Shown here in pieces: positions 12,225 through 24,032 of a stretch of DNA of 64,000 bases. The stretch comes from Pristiophorus japonicus (Eukaryota), in contig NC_091979.1 in assembly GCF_044704955.1 (NCBI RefSeq), positions 271,250,001-271,314,000 on the forward strand. Reading direction: 5' to 3'. Positions within the stretch are counted from its first letter, which is position 1. Each line of letters opens with the position of its first letter. The notes under the pieces were generated by a model. That model did not search any database and had not been told where the DNA came from. It worked only from the letters and a program-made list of their open reading frames with translations. Position numbers and translations under genes: made by a program.

Positions 12225-13254
12225 CGTCTGCTAGCTGGAGAATCATACCTGTCAAAGAGGGGAACCTAAAAAGGGGGTAAGTAGCTTTAAAAATTAAACG
12301 GAAATATAAATTAAGAAAAACAAACTGAAAAACTGGGTAGAATAAAAAGGAACTGTGATGATGTTTGGAAATTGAAAATAAATGAATGACCTCATTGAGG
12401 GAAATGTGTTCATGTGAGCAAACAACCTGGATCCAAAATTTGAAAATTATAACCTTTACATCCAAAGTACAGCAGAATTGAGTAAACTTCCTATATGGAG
12501 TAGAAAACAATGAATGATTGGGAGTAAACTACAAGGCTATAATCTAAACAAGGGGCTCAGATAGTGCCACAAGCCTTGAAGGTGAGGCCCAAATGGTTTA
12601 TGGATGTCAGTGATCCACTGGATAACTTCAGTACACTCATTGGTAGTTATTGTTTTTAAATACATCTATGTACATATAGGTTAACAGATCTCCCATGGTG
12701 CTGATACAATTGACATTAAGAGCTCACTATGTGGGGACCAGGAGTGCCAGCCCAAGTCTTACAACTCATGTGACATAGCACTCTGGTTTATTAACGTACT
12801 GCACCACAGAGCCATCCTTTAAGATGCTGTTTTGTAGGAGAGCACTCAATTTTTAATATTTCACTAATGTATTTTGTACAATAGTGTCTTCATAACCCGG
12901 TAGCAGGAGCTGTTGTGTTTTATTATTAAAAAAAATAAATGTTCCTTTTAACTTCATAACCTCTTTTACGCAAGTCCAGTCTGTTTAGTATTAGATGTAT
13001 TAAAACTATCTTCTGCCTGGAATTTTCATTTTAAAAAACAAGAAATACTTTCTTTTGTGCTTGACTGACTTCCCTATAGTTTCAAAGATGGGACACAGCA
13101 TCTCACCAGCAGGGTGCGCTGTGCAACACCACATCATCACAGCCACTTCAACTTCAACATTTTCACAGGAGCACATGTAGCTCTTGTTTCTGACCCTCCA
13201 CGGTACACACCCATAACAATATGTGGCCTGTCTTATAGGTTTTTCATTAATATT

Positions 13255-13956
13255 GGCCCGAAAATTGCAGTCAGAGGCTTCCTGTGGGCGGTCGCCTCCG
13301 AAAATTCTGAAAGTACCTGGTGGTCTCAGAGGAACGTATACTTGTGGTCTGAGGTCGAGATGCGCGGCCCAGCATATGGGCTCACGCATCCCAGAAACAG
13401 TAAGCTCAACCTGGGATCACTTGGGCCTGTACCAACAATGAACATGGAGTATTCTCATTGATAATAATGGTGAGTTCTGTTTGTACGAGCTCCCATTACT
13501 ATCAATGAGAATACCCCTAAAAACACCAGAAAGAAAACAGAATAAAAAAAACACCTCATATATTTAAAATTAATTGAAACTGAATTTAATTAAATATTTT
13601 AGAAAAAAATTGTTTCATGTTTTAATGGGGTTAAAAATAAATTTAACTTAATGGATTTTTAATCTAAAAATTAGTGATAAAATTTAATTTTTCTTTGTTT
13701 TAAAATGCTTACGCTGATAAAAGTAGGCTGTACGCTTGCTTTTACCAGGCGTAAGAGTTTGAAGGACATTTGCTGGGCAAGAATTGGGCAAATAGCCCAA
13801 ATCTCCGCCCGCGAAGGCCCTTCTCCCGGGGATGCGTGCGATCTATCACAGATCACAAATACCGGTTCTCGGTGCATGCGCAAAGGCCTGCTGAGAACTG
13901 GGACTTGCGAGACCTCTTTGGGTGCGTGCACTGGGAGAGGCTGCAATTTACGACTC
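13255..13956. mobile_element. MITE with TIRs and an AT-rich core
   Basis: GGCCCGAAAATTGCAGTC versus right-end reverse complement GAGTCGTAAATTGCAGCC. Confidence 0.7.
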
Positions 13957-14000
13957 ATAATTTTAGTCATAATAATGAGATAAGAGACAATTTTAACCCC

Positions 14001-16289
14001 ACCCACATCCCCCTTCCCGTACCCAAAGCTATTTCCTTCTGTGTCCGCCCCTGGAAAAAAACTCTCTCCAAACTCTCTTACAACTGCACTTATGAAATCT
14101 GAACTGTCCAACCTTTGGCCCTCCTTTCACCATGACATTTCTGCAGTCACCGATCTGCTCAACCACACCCCCACCACCACCTTTGATGTCCTAGTCCCTA
14201 TTAAAACCATTACTCTCTCTCACCCTGGCTGGTCCCCCGGTACAGCCCTCATCTTCACTCCCTCAAGTCCAAGGGACGCAGACTTGAATGGATATGGTGG
14301 ACAACTGATTTAGCAATTCACCACCAGATCTGATTGAACCACATAAAGCATTATCGGGTCCTGCTCTTATCTGCCAAAACTGTTAACTATTCCAGGATCA
14401 TTCTTGAATGCAAAGATAACCCCCAGCTACTATTCTCTACTGCTAACTGTCTTCTTAAACCCTTCTCCCCTGTCTCTACCATACTCAGATCCAACAACAA
14501 GTGAGACTTCTTTGTTTCTAAGATTGAGACCATCCGATCGGCTGCTTCTGTCACTTCCCTTCCTTCCCCTAGGCCACCGGGCCAAACTTCCTCTAAGGTT
14601 CCCCCCTGTCCTAGCCCTGAACTCGCATCTTTCTCCAGGTTCTCTCTGATCTTCCCTCTTGACCTCTCCACGCTCATCTTGTCCATGAGACCCACTTCCT
14701 GCTCCCTTGACCCTATTCCCACTAAACTGCTGACCACCCAACTTCTTTTTCTGGCTCCCATGTTAGCTGACATTGTTAATGGTTCTCTCTCCTCAGGTAC
14801 TGTTCCCCTCTCCTTCAAATCTGCCGTCATCACCCCTCTCCTCAAAAAAACAACCCTTGACCCCACTGTGCTTGCAAGCTACCGCCCCATCTCCACCCTC
14901 ACTTTCCTCTCCAAAGTCTTTGTCGCCTCCCAAATCCATTCCCATCTTTCCCAGAACTCCATGTTTGAATCCCTTCAATCTGGTTTCCGCCCCCACCACA
15001 GTACCGAAACGGCGCTCATCAAAGTCACAAATGACATCCTTTATAATTGTGACAAAGACAAACTATCCCTCCTCGTCCTTCTCGACCTGTCTTCAACCTT
15101 TGACATAGTTGACCACTCTATCCTTTTCCAACGCCACTCCACCATAGTCCAGCTGGGTGGGACTGCACTCGCCTGGTTCCATTCCTATCTCTCTAATCGT
15201 AGCCAGAGAATCACCTGCAACGGCTTCTCTTCCCACTCCCACATCGTTACTTCTGGTGTCCCCCAAGGATCTATCCTTGGTCCCCTCCTATTTCTCATCT
15301 ATATGCTGTGCCTTGGCGGCATCATCCAAAAACATGGCGTCTGTTTCCACATGTACACTGACGACACCCAGCTCTATCTCACCAGCACTCCTCTCGGCCC
15401 CTCCACGGTCTCTAAATTTTCAGACTGCTTGTCCAGTACTGGATGAGCAGAAATTTTTTCCAATTAATTATTGAGAAGACCAAAGCCATTGACTTTAGTT
15501 CCTGCCAAACTTCGTTCCCTAGCCACCGACTGCATTCCTCTCCCAAGCATCTGTCTGAGGCTGAACCACACTGTTCACAACCTAGGTGTCATATTTGACC
15601 CTGAAATGAGCTTCCGGCCACATATCAGCAGCATAACTAAGATTGCCGATTTCCACCTCCGTAACATCGCCCGTCTCCACCTCTGCCTCAGCTCATCTGT
15701 TGCTGAAACCCTCATCCATGCCTTTGTTACCTCTAGACTTGACTACTCCAATGCACTCCTGGCTGGTCTCCCATATTCTATCCTACATAAACTTGAGATC
15801 ATCCAAAACTCGGCTGCCCATGTCCTAAATCATACCAAGTCCCGTTCACCCATCACTCCTGTGCTCGCTGACTTACAGTGGCTCCCGGTTAAGCAACGCC
15901 TCAATTTCAAAATTCTCATCCTTGTTTACAAGTCCCTGTATGGCCTCGCCCCTCCCTATCTCTGTAATCTTCTTTAGGATCTGCGTTCCTAAAATTCTGC
16001 CCGCTTGAGCATCCCTGATTATAATTGCAGAACCATCGGTGGACGTGCCTTCAGTTGCCTGGGCCCCAAGCTCTAGAACTCCCTCTCTAAACCTTTCCAC
16101 CTCTCTGCCTCTCTTTCCTCCTTTAAGACGCTCCTTAAAACCTACCTCTTTGACCAAGCTTTTGTTCATCCACCATAATTTCCTCTTATGTGACTCGGTG
16201 TCAAATTCTTTTGTCTTATAACACTCCTGTGAAGCGCCTTGCGATGCTTTACTACATTAAAGGTGCTATATAAATACAGGTTGTTGTTG
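14001..16289 (+). mobile_element. L2 LINE, 5'-truncated (~2.3 kb), with a 20-bp TSD
   Basis: RT ORF 14679-15446 (YRPIS, QSGFR, LDLS, SGVPQGSILGP, YTDDTQLY) and C-terminal ORF 15471-15977. (TTG)n tail. TAAGAGACAATTTTAACCCC occurs at 13981-14000 and 16290-16309. Confidence 0.93.
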
Positions 16290-16851
16290 TAAGAGACAAT
16301 TTTAACCCCCGCCCAGTGGGAACAGTGTGAACAAAGTCACATCTGTGGCCAGCCCGTGCCCCCCACCATTTCAATTGATCTGTGTGTCAAGAGTGGTTCT
16401 AATTAAAAAGTTACAGTCATGCTCTGATGTAGTCATACCGCTCCCACCACATTTTAACTCCAAATTGCTCTTTCCATTCTCGGACCTGCCAGCAAAACCT
16501 AGCGGGATTGGTCTTTGAGAGATCCTGAGGCCATAAAAAAGCTGCAACTCATTGGATCACAGGATCTTTTGCTGTCTGGATTGTCAGGAGTGTTTCAAGC
16601 TTCCTGACCATTGCAACCGCCTGCAACACGACCTGTTGCTTGCTGGGCCAGGGAGGTTGGGGGGAGGGGGTGTGGCAAGCCTTGCCAGTGGTCCTCAAAG
16701 TCACCACAGCCCTGAATATTTAAACCACTGGCTCTTTTCAGTCTGCAATGGGGGTGGGGCGGTGGGGGGGGGGAGACACGTCATCAGATGCATATCACAG
16801 TCTGAAGTTCACAGCTGCATTAAGCAAGTGACCAACGCCCTACACCACTGA

Positions 16852-17570
16852 ATAGTTACTGAGGCGTACGAAAGCCTTACACTAAACATCAGTAAGACAA
16901 AGGTCCTCCACCAACCTGTCCTCGCCGCACAGCACTGCCCCCCAGTCATCAAGATCCACGGCACGGCCCTGGACAACGTGGACCACTTCCCTTATCTCGG
17001 GAGCCTCCTATCCACAAGAACAGACATTGACGACGAGATCCAACACTGCCTCCAGTGCGCCAGTGCAGCCTTCAGCCGCCTGAGGAAAAGAGTGTTTGAA
17101 GACCAGGCCCTCAAAACTGCCACCTGGTTCATGGTCTACAGGGCAGTATAATACCCAGCCTCCTGTATAGCTCAGAAACATGGACCATGTACAAGCAGGC
17201 ACCTCAAGTCGCTGGAGAAATACCACCAACGATGTCTCCGCAAGATCCTACAAATCCCCTGGGAGGACAGATGCACCAACGTTAGCGTCCTTGACCAGGC
17301 CGACGACCCCAGCATTGAAGCACTGACCACACTTGATCAGCTCCGCTGGGCAGGCCAAATAGCTCGCATGCCAGACACGAGACTCCCAAAGCATACACTC
17401 TACTCGGAACGCCTTCACGGCAAACGAGCCAAAGGTGGGCAGAGGAAACATTACAAGGACACCTTCAAAGCTTCCCTGATAAAGTCAACATCCCCACTGA
17501 CACCTGGGAGTCCCTGGCCAAAGGCCGCCCGAACTGGAGGAAGTGCATCCAGGAGGGCGCTGAGCACCTC
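16852..17570 (+). mobile_element. RTE-clade LINE internal fragment inside the Harbinger transposase
   Basis: LNISKTKVL, VDHFPYLGS, LRWAG and MPDTRLPK motifs. Homologous to 88-710. Confidence 0.88.
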
Positions 17571-18019
17571 GATAGACACAGCTATTATGATGTGGAATGC
17601 ACAATATTTCATTGCAGACAGGCCTGAATTTGAAAGAGGAAGTGCAGCAGCAGTCGTTATCAGATGAGGAAGACCTGGAGGATGAAGAGGGAGTAGCAGA
17701 GGAAGGAGGGCCACATCAGCATCTCGCAGCCAGTGATGTCAGGGATCAGCACATAGCTCAGCGATTCCGTTGAGCCGCTGATTCCGCTGAGCCGCACACA
17801 CCTGAGAAATTACAAAGAGCCTCTCATATAACAGTCCTAGTCACACTCTTCACCACTCTCTTCATCCTGCTCTGAATAACATTCAAACCATTCAAACAAC
17901 TGTCATTCTGACCATACACAAAAGCTGCTATTAAACCATTCGGCAGACCCAAAGTCCCAAATGCGATAAAGATGATTAATTTAATGTCGCACATAATAAA
18001 TGTCTTTCATTCATTTCTC

Positions 18020-19800
18020 ACCAAGATGATCAATGCATAGTGCCTTTCTTGAAAGAAGGTTTTCTAACTCTACAACACCTACAAGGTGCTCCCTTATTGG
18101 CCTGAGCAGAACTGGTGGAAGGCTGCTGTTCCTCATGTGCAGACCCTCAACATGCTCATAGCCGATGACTTTCTAGGTGCTCGGGTCTGTCAGGACCTAG
18201 CTGAGGTTGTTGCAACTCGAATGCTGCCAGAACTAGTGTGGCTCAGCTGATGGCACCATGGCTGGTATTGATTAAGAAGAGAACCAATGTGCAGACATGC
18301 TGATCCTGCTAGAGCCCAGTACATACTGCCCCCATCGCAGCACTGCCACTCCACAGGGATTGGAGCTCATCACATCCAGTAATCTGTGGTAGAGCAGTTT
18401 GCAGAAAATCCCCCATCCATTCGATCCACTGTGTTCTATATTGTGGAGCACAGTGTCTGCATGGCAGCCATTTGAGCTCCCACCAAAGCTGCTGTGAGGA
18501 CTCCGCTGTTGCATCCCCGAAGGATATCACACTACTCAGGGTAGACTGCAAACTGGGGATGCCAGGCGAGATGACATCACAGTGGCTGGATAGTGACTCC
18601 ATTACACTCTCAGCGATAGTGGTGAAACTCCTTGCATGTGTTCCAATCCAGTTCCATTGAGCTATCTGTGTGAGTCCCTATCTCTGTTATCCTCAACAGA
18701 ACTGAGAGGGGGTCTCACCCTCCAACAAGGTTTCTCCTGTGCTGTTTCTAGCACCAGTTGCTGCTGCTGCCCACTGGACCCCTCTATCTCACTATATAGC
18801 ACACAATCTAGCCCCCACAGAGTGCTAATGTCTGAGTTGGTGCCTGGGAGTGTTGCATTGTCTGATGCTACATTCTCTGGGGAATAGTCCTCCTCCAAGA
18901 TCTGTTCTTCTATGAGAGACTCGGTGTTGAGAAGGCTCTAGAAGAAAGAGAAAAGGGAGAATTGTAAGAGAGAAGTTTCAGTCAGGTAGCAGTCTGGAGA
19001 ATGTAGGTCGATGTTGCTATGCTTGCTGTATCTGTGCTGAGTATAACAGCATCTCCTGGCCCAATTCTCATGACCCTGCCTGGGCCAACGATCTTGAAGG
19101 CTTCTTGCTCTGCATGATGAGTGCGATGATGTTGGGGACCCTTCCACCTTTCCTGTTCCTCTCCTGGCATTATGTCTTGCCTTGTCCTGCAGAAAGAGAG
19201 GGCAAGTGTGAGTCTGTGTTAAAAAGGTGAGTGGACATAAAGTGGATGTGTTGAGATGAGTAGAAGAAGCAAGATGGAATAAGGATGGTGAGGTATTTAA
19301 TGTAAAGGGAAGTGTGCATGATGCGAAATGAGGAAGGAGTGCTAGAAGTATTTGGAAGTTTTGCAAGTGATGGTATGTGAGAAGAGAATGGCATTATCAT
19401 GTGGTGTAAAGAGAGGAAAGGAGGTGAGTGTGTTTGGAATGAGTAAGAAACGTGTCTTAGTGTCCCCTTGTGGTTGTATAGTCAAGGATATGATGGAGTG
19501 ATGGGGGAAGGGATGAGAGGTGTGTTGTCAGATGGTGTTGAGAGAGGTGTAGAGGTGAAGAGATGTACTCACACTTGCTGCTCTTGTGAGGTCATTGATC
19601 CTCTTCCGACACGGCACCCTAGTGCTGGGGGTGATGTTGCTGGCACTGACCCTCTCAGCCTCCTCTGTCAAGGCCTGCTTGACAGTGGTTTTAGAGATGC
19701 TCCTGTAGGTGTTGGGGAAGAGTACCTCTCTCCTGGTCTTCACTTCCTCCACTTGGACCTCCATAGATGCAGCAGGAATTTGGGAATAGCCAACAAGGCT
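18020..19800 (-). pseudogene. Harbinger Myb/SANT-like DNA-binding protein gene, spliced and decayed
   Basis: Exon ~19800-19573 encodes SMEVQVEEVKTRREVLFP...CRKRINDLTRAAS and is followed by a GTGAGT donor. Acceptor TTCTGCAG at 19187 leads into DKARHNARR. A further acceptor lies near 18938. Frameshifts are present. Confidence 0.7.
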
Positions 19801-19916
19801 TTCAGAGTTACTGTGTGAAAATGCAAGCAAGATAAAATCTCGCATATCTTCATGGAAGAAAGTCCTGCCTCATCAACTGAATTTAATTTTTTGAGGAGGT
19901 TATGAAGTTGGTGGTT

Positions 19917-20903
19917 AAGAACATAAGAACGTAAGAAATAGGAGCAGGAGTAGGCCATACGGCCTCTCGAGCCTGCTCCACTATTTAATAAGATCATGGC
20001 TGATCCGATCATGGACTCACTTCCCTGTCCGCTCCCCATAACCCCTTACTCCCTTATCATTTAAGAAACTGTCTATTTCTGTCTTAAATTTATTCAATGT
20101 CCCAGCTTCCACAGCTCTCTGACGCAGCGAATTCCACAGATTTACAACCCTCTGAGAGAAGAAATTTCTCCTCATCTCAGTTTTAAATGGGAAGCCTTTT
20201 ATTCTAAGATTATGCCCTCTAGTTCTAGTCTCCCCTATCAGTGGAAGCATCCTCTGCATCCACCTTGTCAAGCCCCCTCATAATCTTATATGTTTCGATA
20301 AGATCACCTCTCATTCTTCTGAATTCCAATGAGTAGAGGCCCAACCTACTCAACCTTTCCTCATAAATCAACCCCCTCATCTCCGGAATCAACCTAGTGA
20401 ACCTTCTCTGAATTGTCTCCAAAGCAAGTATATCCTTTCGTAAATATGGAAACCAAAACTGCACACAGTATTCCAGGTGTGGCCTCACCAATAGCCTGTA
20501 TAACTGTAGCAAGACTTGCCTGCTTTTATACTCCATCCCCTTTGCAATAAAGACCAAGATTCCATTGGCCTTCCTGATCACTTGCTGTACCTGTATACTA
20601 TCCTTTTGTGTTTCATAGACAAGGTCCCCCAGGTCCCGCTGTACTACAGCACTTTGCAATCTTTCTCCATTTAAATAATAAATTGCTCTGATTTTGTTCT
20701 GCCAAAGTGCATGACCTCACTCTTTCCGACATTATACTCCATCTGCCAAATTTTTGTCCATTCACTTAGCCTGTCTATGTCCTTTTGCAGATTTTTTGTG
20801 TCCTCCTCACACATTGCTTTTCCTCCCAGCTTTGTATCATCAGCAAACTTGGCTACAGTACACTCGGTCCCTTCTTCCAAGTCGTTAATATAGATTGTAA
20901 ATA
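19917..20903 (-). mobile_element. Young CR1 LINE 3' fragment
   Basis: ORFs 20017-20880 (KFADDTKLGG, LVRPHLEYCVQFW). TTCTTATG-type tail at 19917-19935. GTGGTT duplicated at 19911-19916 and 20904-20909. Confidence 0.92.
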
Positions 20904-21149
20904 GTGGTTGATGGAAGTCTGGTTGATATTTGTATCCAGATGTTCAAAAGGCATTTGATAAAATGATGCGCAAAATGCTGCTAAATAAAGTTGCATCTTG
21001 TGGGATTGGCAGGCGAGTCTTTGGTTGCATTCGTGTAGTTATTAATGTTAGCAGCTCTGTGTAGGGGACCAATCATTAGTGAAGTCCAGCAAGGATCAGT
21101 GTTAGGGCTGTTGATCTTCACCATCTTTATTAATGATCTGGATCAAGGC

Positions 21150-21270
21150 AGCACAACATTCCTACATTACAATAGTGACTACATTTCAAAAGTACTTCAT
21201 TGGCTGTAAAGCACTTTGAGAAGTCCAGTGGTCGTGAAAGGCGCTATATAAATCGAAGTCTTTCTTTCTT
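21150..21270 (+). mobile_element. DeuSINE/L2-tail SINE 3' fragment
   Basis: TTCCTACATTACAATAGTGACTACATTTCAAAAG...GAAAGGCGCTATATAAAT matches 5960-6072. Confidence 0.75.
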
Positions 21271-21346
21271 TATCAGAGGAATGATCTGCAATTTTGCAGA
21301 TGAATGAAGATATGCGTGGGAGTTGGGACCTTAGGTAAAAAACATA

Positions 21347-22089
21347 GACCCAGATTTTGTGGTCAGCAGCAAAGGAATGGCACCTCACTGACAGCTTTTT
21401 GTGGGCGTTTGAGTAAAGACTTGCTAAGATCCAGCGCTGCACCCTCTACAGGGCATCTGTGGTGTCTGTAAGCAGGTCAAAGCAGCAGTGAGGCTTTTCA
21501 ACCAATCAGATTGAAGAATCCTCTCTGAGACATGCAGAGTCTAAACCAGGAAGTATAAAGCAGGAAGTATAAATTAGATTTAAATCATGTACAGAGAGTG
21601 AAATAAAGATAGGGAAAGACAGATGGGATTAAGGAAGAGAAATAGAAGAGAGCGAAAAAGTAAAACAGATTATTTTCATCTTTATGCTTTTTTAAATCTC
21701 CAACTCTAATTAACTTCTGAAGGAATGAGACTCCACACTTGTAAAATTAAATTTTCATGGCCAGAGAGGTTGTTTCGCAGTAATTATCACTCACCACACT
21801 ATTAAAAATTCACTTACTCCTGAATACACTAACCCTAACTTTTTCTGGTGTTTTTAATGGGGAACTAATGGGCAAGTATCCCAACTTCACGCCATTATAT
21901 TGATTCCAGTGCTGAGTCTATCGGTGAGGACTGTTACAGCACAGCCTTTGGAGGAGTGGGTATCTCTGACAGCAGCTACCGGATTTCCACAATTAACTGT
22001 GTGGACACCGGGGGTTACATTCCAATTTTCCCCATTGTAATGGTGAGCACTGTTAGCCTCACCGTTATTATCTACGCAAAATCCAGGCC
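21347..22089. mobile_element. MITE with TIRs
   Basis: GACCCAGATTTTGT versus right-end reverse complement GGCCTGGATTTTGC. It interrupts the ancient CR1. Confidence 0.65.
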
Positions 22090-22260
22090 TTAGTTTGCAG
22101 GAGGATCTAGAGGCAATTGGGGAATGGTCCATGTCTGGCAGGAGTCTTTCAATATAGGCAAGTATGATGCATTTTGGCAGGGGTAGTTCAAGCAGGTATA
22201 CACCATGCAGAGTTATGTGCTCAAAGCAACTGAGTGGGTGAAGGATCTGGGGATTGTAAT

Positions 22261-23540
22261 TCATCATCATAGGCAGTCCCTCGAGTTGAGGGTGACTTAC
22301 TTCCATGCCAAAAAGTTCACAGGTGTTTCAATGAAGGACCTGATATTCCAGGTCCCGAACTAAATCTCGTAGGGTGGAAGATGCCTGTACGTGGATTTTT
22401 TTAACATATGGTGGCCGTTACACACCAGCTACCACACGGGCTTGACAGAGCTAGGTCTTGGTCCAATGGCAAACATAGAAACATAGAAACATAAAAAATA
22501 GGTGCAGGAGTAGGCCATTCGGCCCTTCGAGCCTGCACCGCCATTCAATGAGTCCATGCCTGAACATGCAAATTCAGTACCCCATTCCTGCTTTCTCGCC
22601 ATACCCCTTGATCCCCCTAGTAGTAAGGACTACATCTAACTCCTTTTTGAATATATTTAGTGAATTGGCCTCAATAACTTTCTGTGGTAGAGAATTCCAC
22701 AGGGTCACCACTCTCTGGGTGAAGAAGTTTCTCCTCATCTCGGTCCTAAATAGCTTACCACTTATCCTTAGACTGGTTCTGGACTTCCCCAACATTGGGA
22801 GCATTCGTCCTGCATCTAACCTGCTTAAACCTGTCAGAATTTTAAACGTTTCTATGAGATTCCCTCTCATTCTTCTGAACTCCAGTGAATACAAGCCCAG
22901 TTGATTCAGTCTTTCTTGATATGTGAGTCTGGCCATCCCGGGAATCAGTCTGATGAACCTTCGCTGCACTCTCTCAATAGCAAGAATGTCCTTCCTCAAG
23001 TTAGGAGACCAAAACTGTACACAATACTCCAGGTGTGGCCTCACCAAGGCCCTGTACAACTGCAGTAACACATCCCAGCCCCTGTACTCAAATCCCCTCG
23101 CTATGAAGGCCAACATGCCATTTGCCTTCTTAACCGCCTGCTGTACCTGCATGCCAACCTTCAATGACTGATGTACCATGACACCCAGGTCTCGTTGCAC
23201 CTCCCCTTTTCCTAATCTGTCACCATTCAGCTAATAGTCTGTCACTCTGTTTTTACAACCAAAGTGGATAACCTCACATTTATTCACATTATACTTCATC
23301 TGCCATGCATTTGCCCACTCACCTAACCTATCCAAGTCACTCTGCAGTCTCATAGCCTCCTCCTCGCAGCTCACACTGCCACCCAACTTAGTGTCATCCG
23401 CAAATTTGGAGATACTACATTTAATTACCCAGGACGACTGGAGACCAGCTCTGCTGCACGGACTTAGTGCGCACACGTATCGCAGTGTGGGCTGGCCCAT
23501 GCTGTCCCTGGGCCCCGAACTGACGCCTCTCCTGGCCCCG
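22261..23540 (-). mobile_element. Short non-autonomous RTE-tailed element split by a CR1 (pieces 22261-22472 and 23424-23540)
   Basis: 3' end (GGGACTGCCTATGATGATGA plus upstream GGAAG..AGTC) matches the RTE tail at 88-135. Body is non-coding with a GC-rich head. Confidence 0.7.
22473..23423 (-). mobile_element. Young CR1 LINE 3' fragment, same subfamily as 9117-10274
   Basis: ORF 22574-23200 ends in EKAGMGY. (TTTCTATG)n tail. Confidence 0.93.
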
Positions 23541-24032
23541 TTTTTAGGTGAAGACCAAGGGATCATACGGCCAGGGTGAACAGATGTAGTTCAGTCCCCA
23601 TTTTAAAGTTCTGTACTCATTTTTATATTTGCATTACAAGTTCCTATGTCCACATTTCCTATGGAGACTGCCTATGTAAAGTTGTCGTGCTTTAATTGCA
23701 CCTTCTTGTTAAATTATGGCACTACAGTGACTCCACTGCGGGAAGAATGTAATTACACTGTGACACGTTGATATGAGCAGTTTCCATTATAAATGTGCAT
23801 ATATGAATTTATAAATCGAAAAAGCTGAGAAACTTGAGCGTAGACATAGATTTTTAATCTATCATCAATTATTGGAGTTCAATAACTATTAAGTATCCAA
23901 TATCAGTGTCATGAGGCTATTGTAAAAGCGAATAGGATGTTCGGATGTATTGTTTTCTGTTCATATTTTTCTTCCTTTGTGCAGCCCTTTACACTTGTAT
24001 GTATATTACACAATGGGAATATTACACTACCG

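Larger units (their letters stand above)
16291..19810. mobile_element. Decayed PIF/Harbinger DNA transposon: transposase (+) and convergent Myb/SANT gene (-)
   Basis: Transposase N-terminal region LPVVLKVTTALN...GSFQ...CISQSEVHSCIKQVTNAL (~16580-16850) and C-terminus CGMHNI...acidic...VRDQHIAQRFR* (17591-17773). Myb/SANT exon on the minus strand. TIR-like GAGACAATTTTAACCCC at the left end. Confidence 0.8.
19820..23952 (+). mobile_element. Ancient CR1 RT relic broken into about five pieces by younger insertions
   Basis: Collinear pieces: KSCLIN..FFEEV (19855-19915), QKAFDK...QGSVLGL..FINDLD (20905-21145), FADE (~21295), LQEDLEAIGEW (22093-22260), KANRMFGCI (~23900-23952). Confidence 0.7.

Noticed and set aside
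12725-12812. Possible tRNA gene on the minus strand (GGCTCTGTGGTGCAGT...)
   Set aside because: No intact cloverleaf or box B; at most a decayed SINE head.
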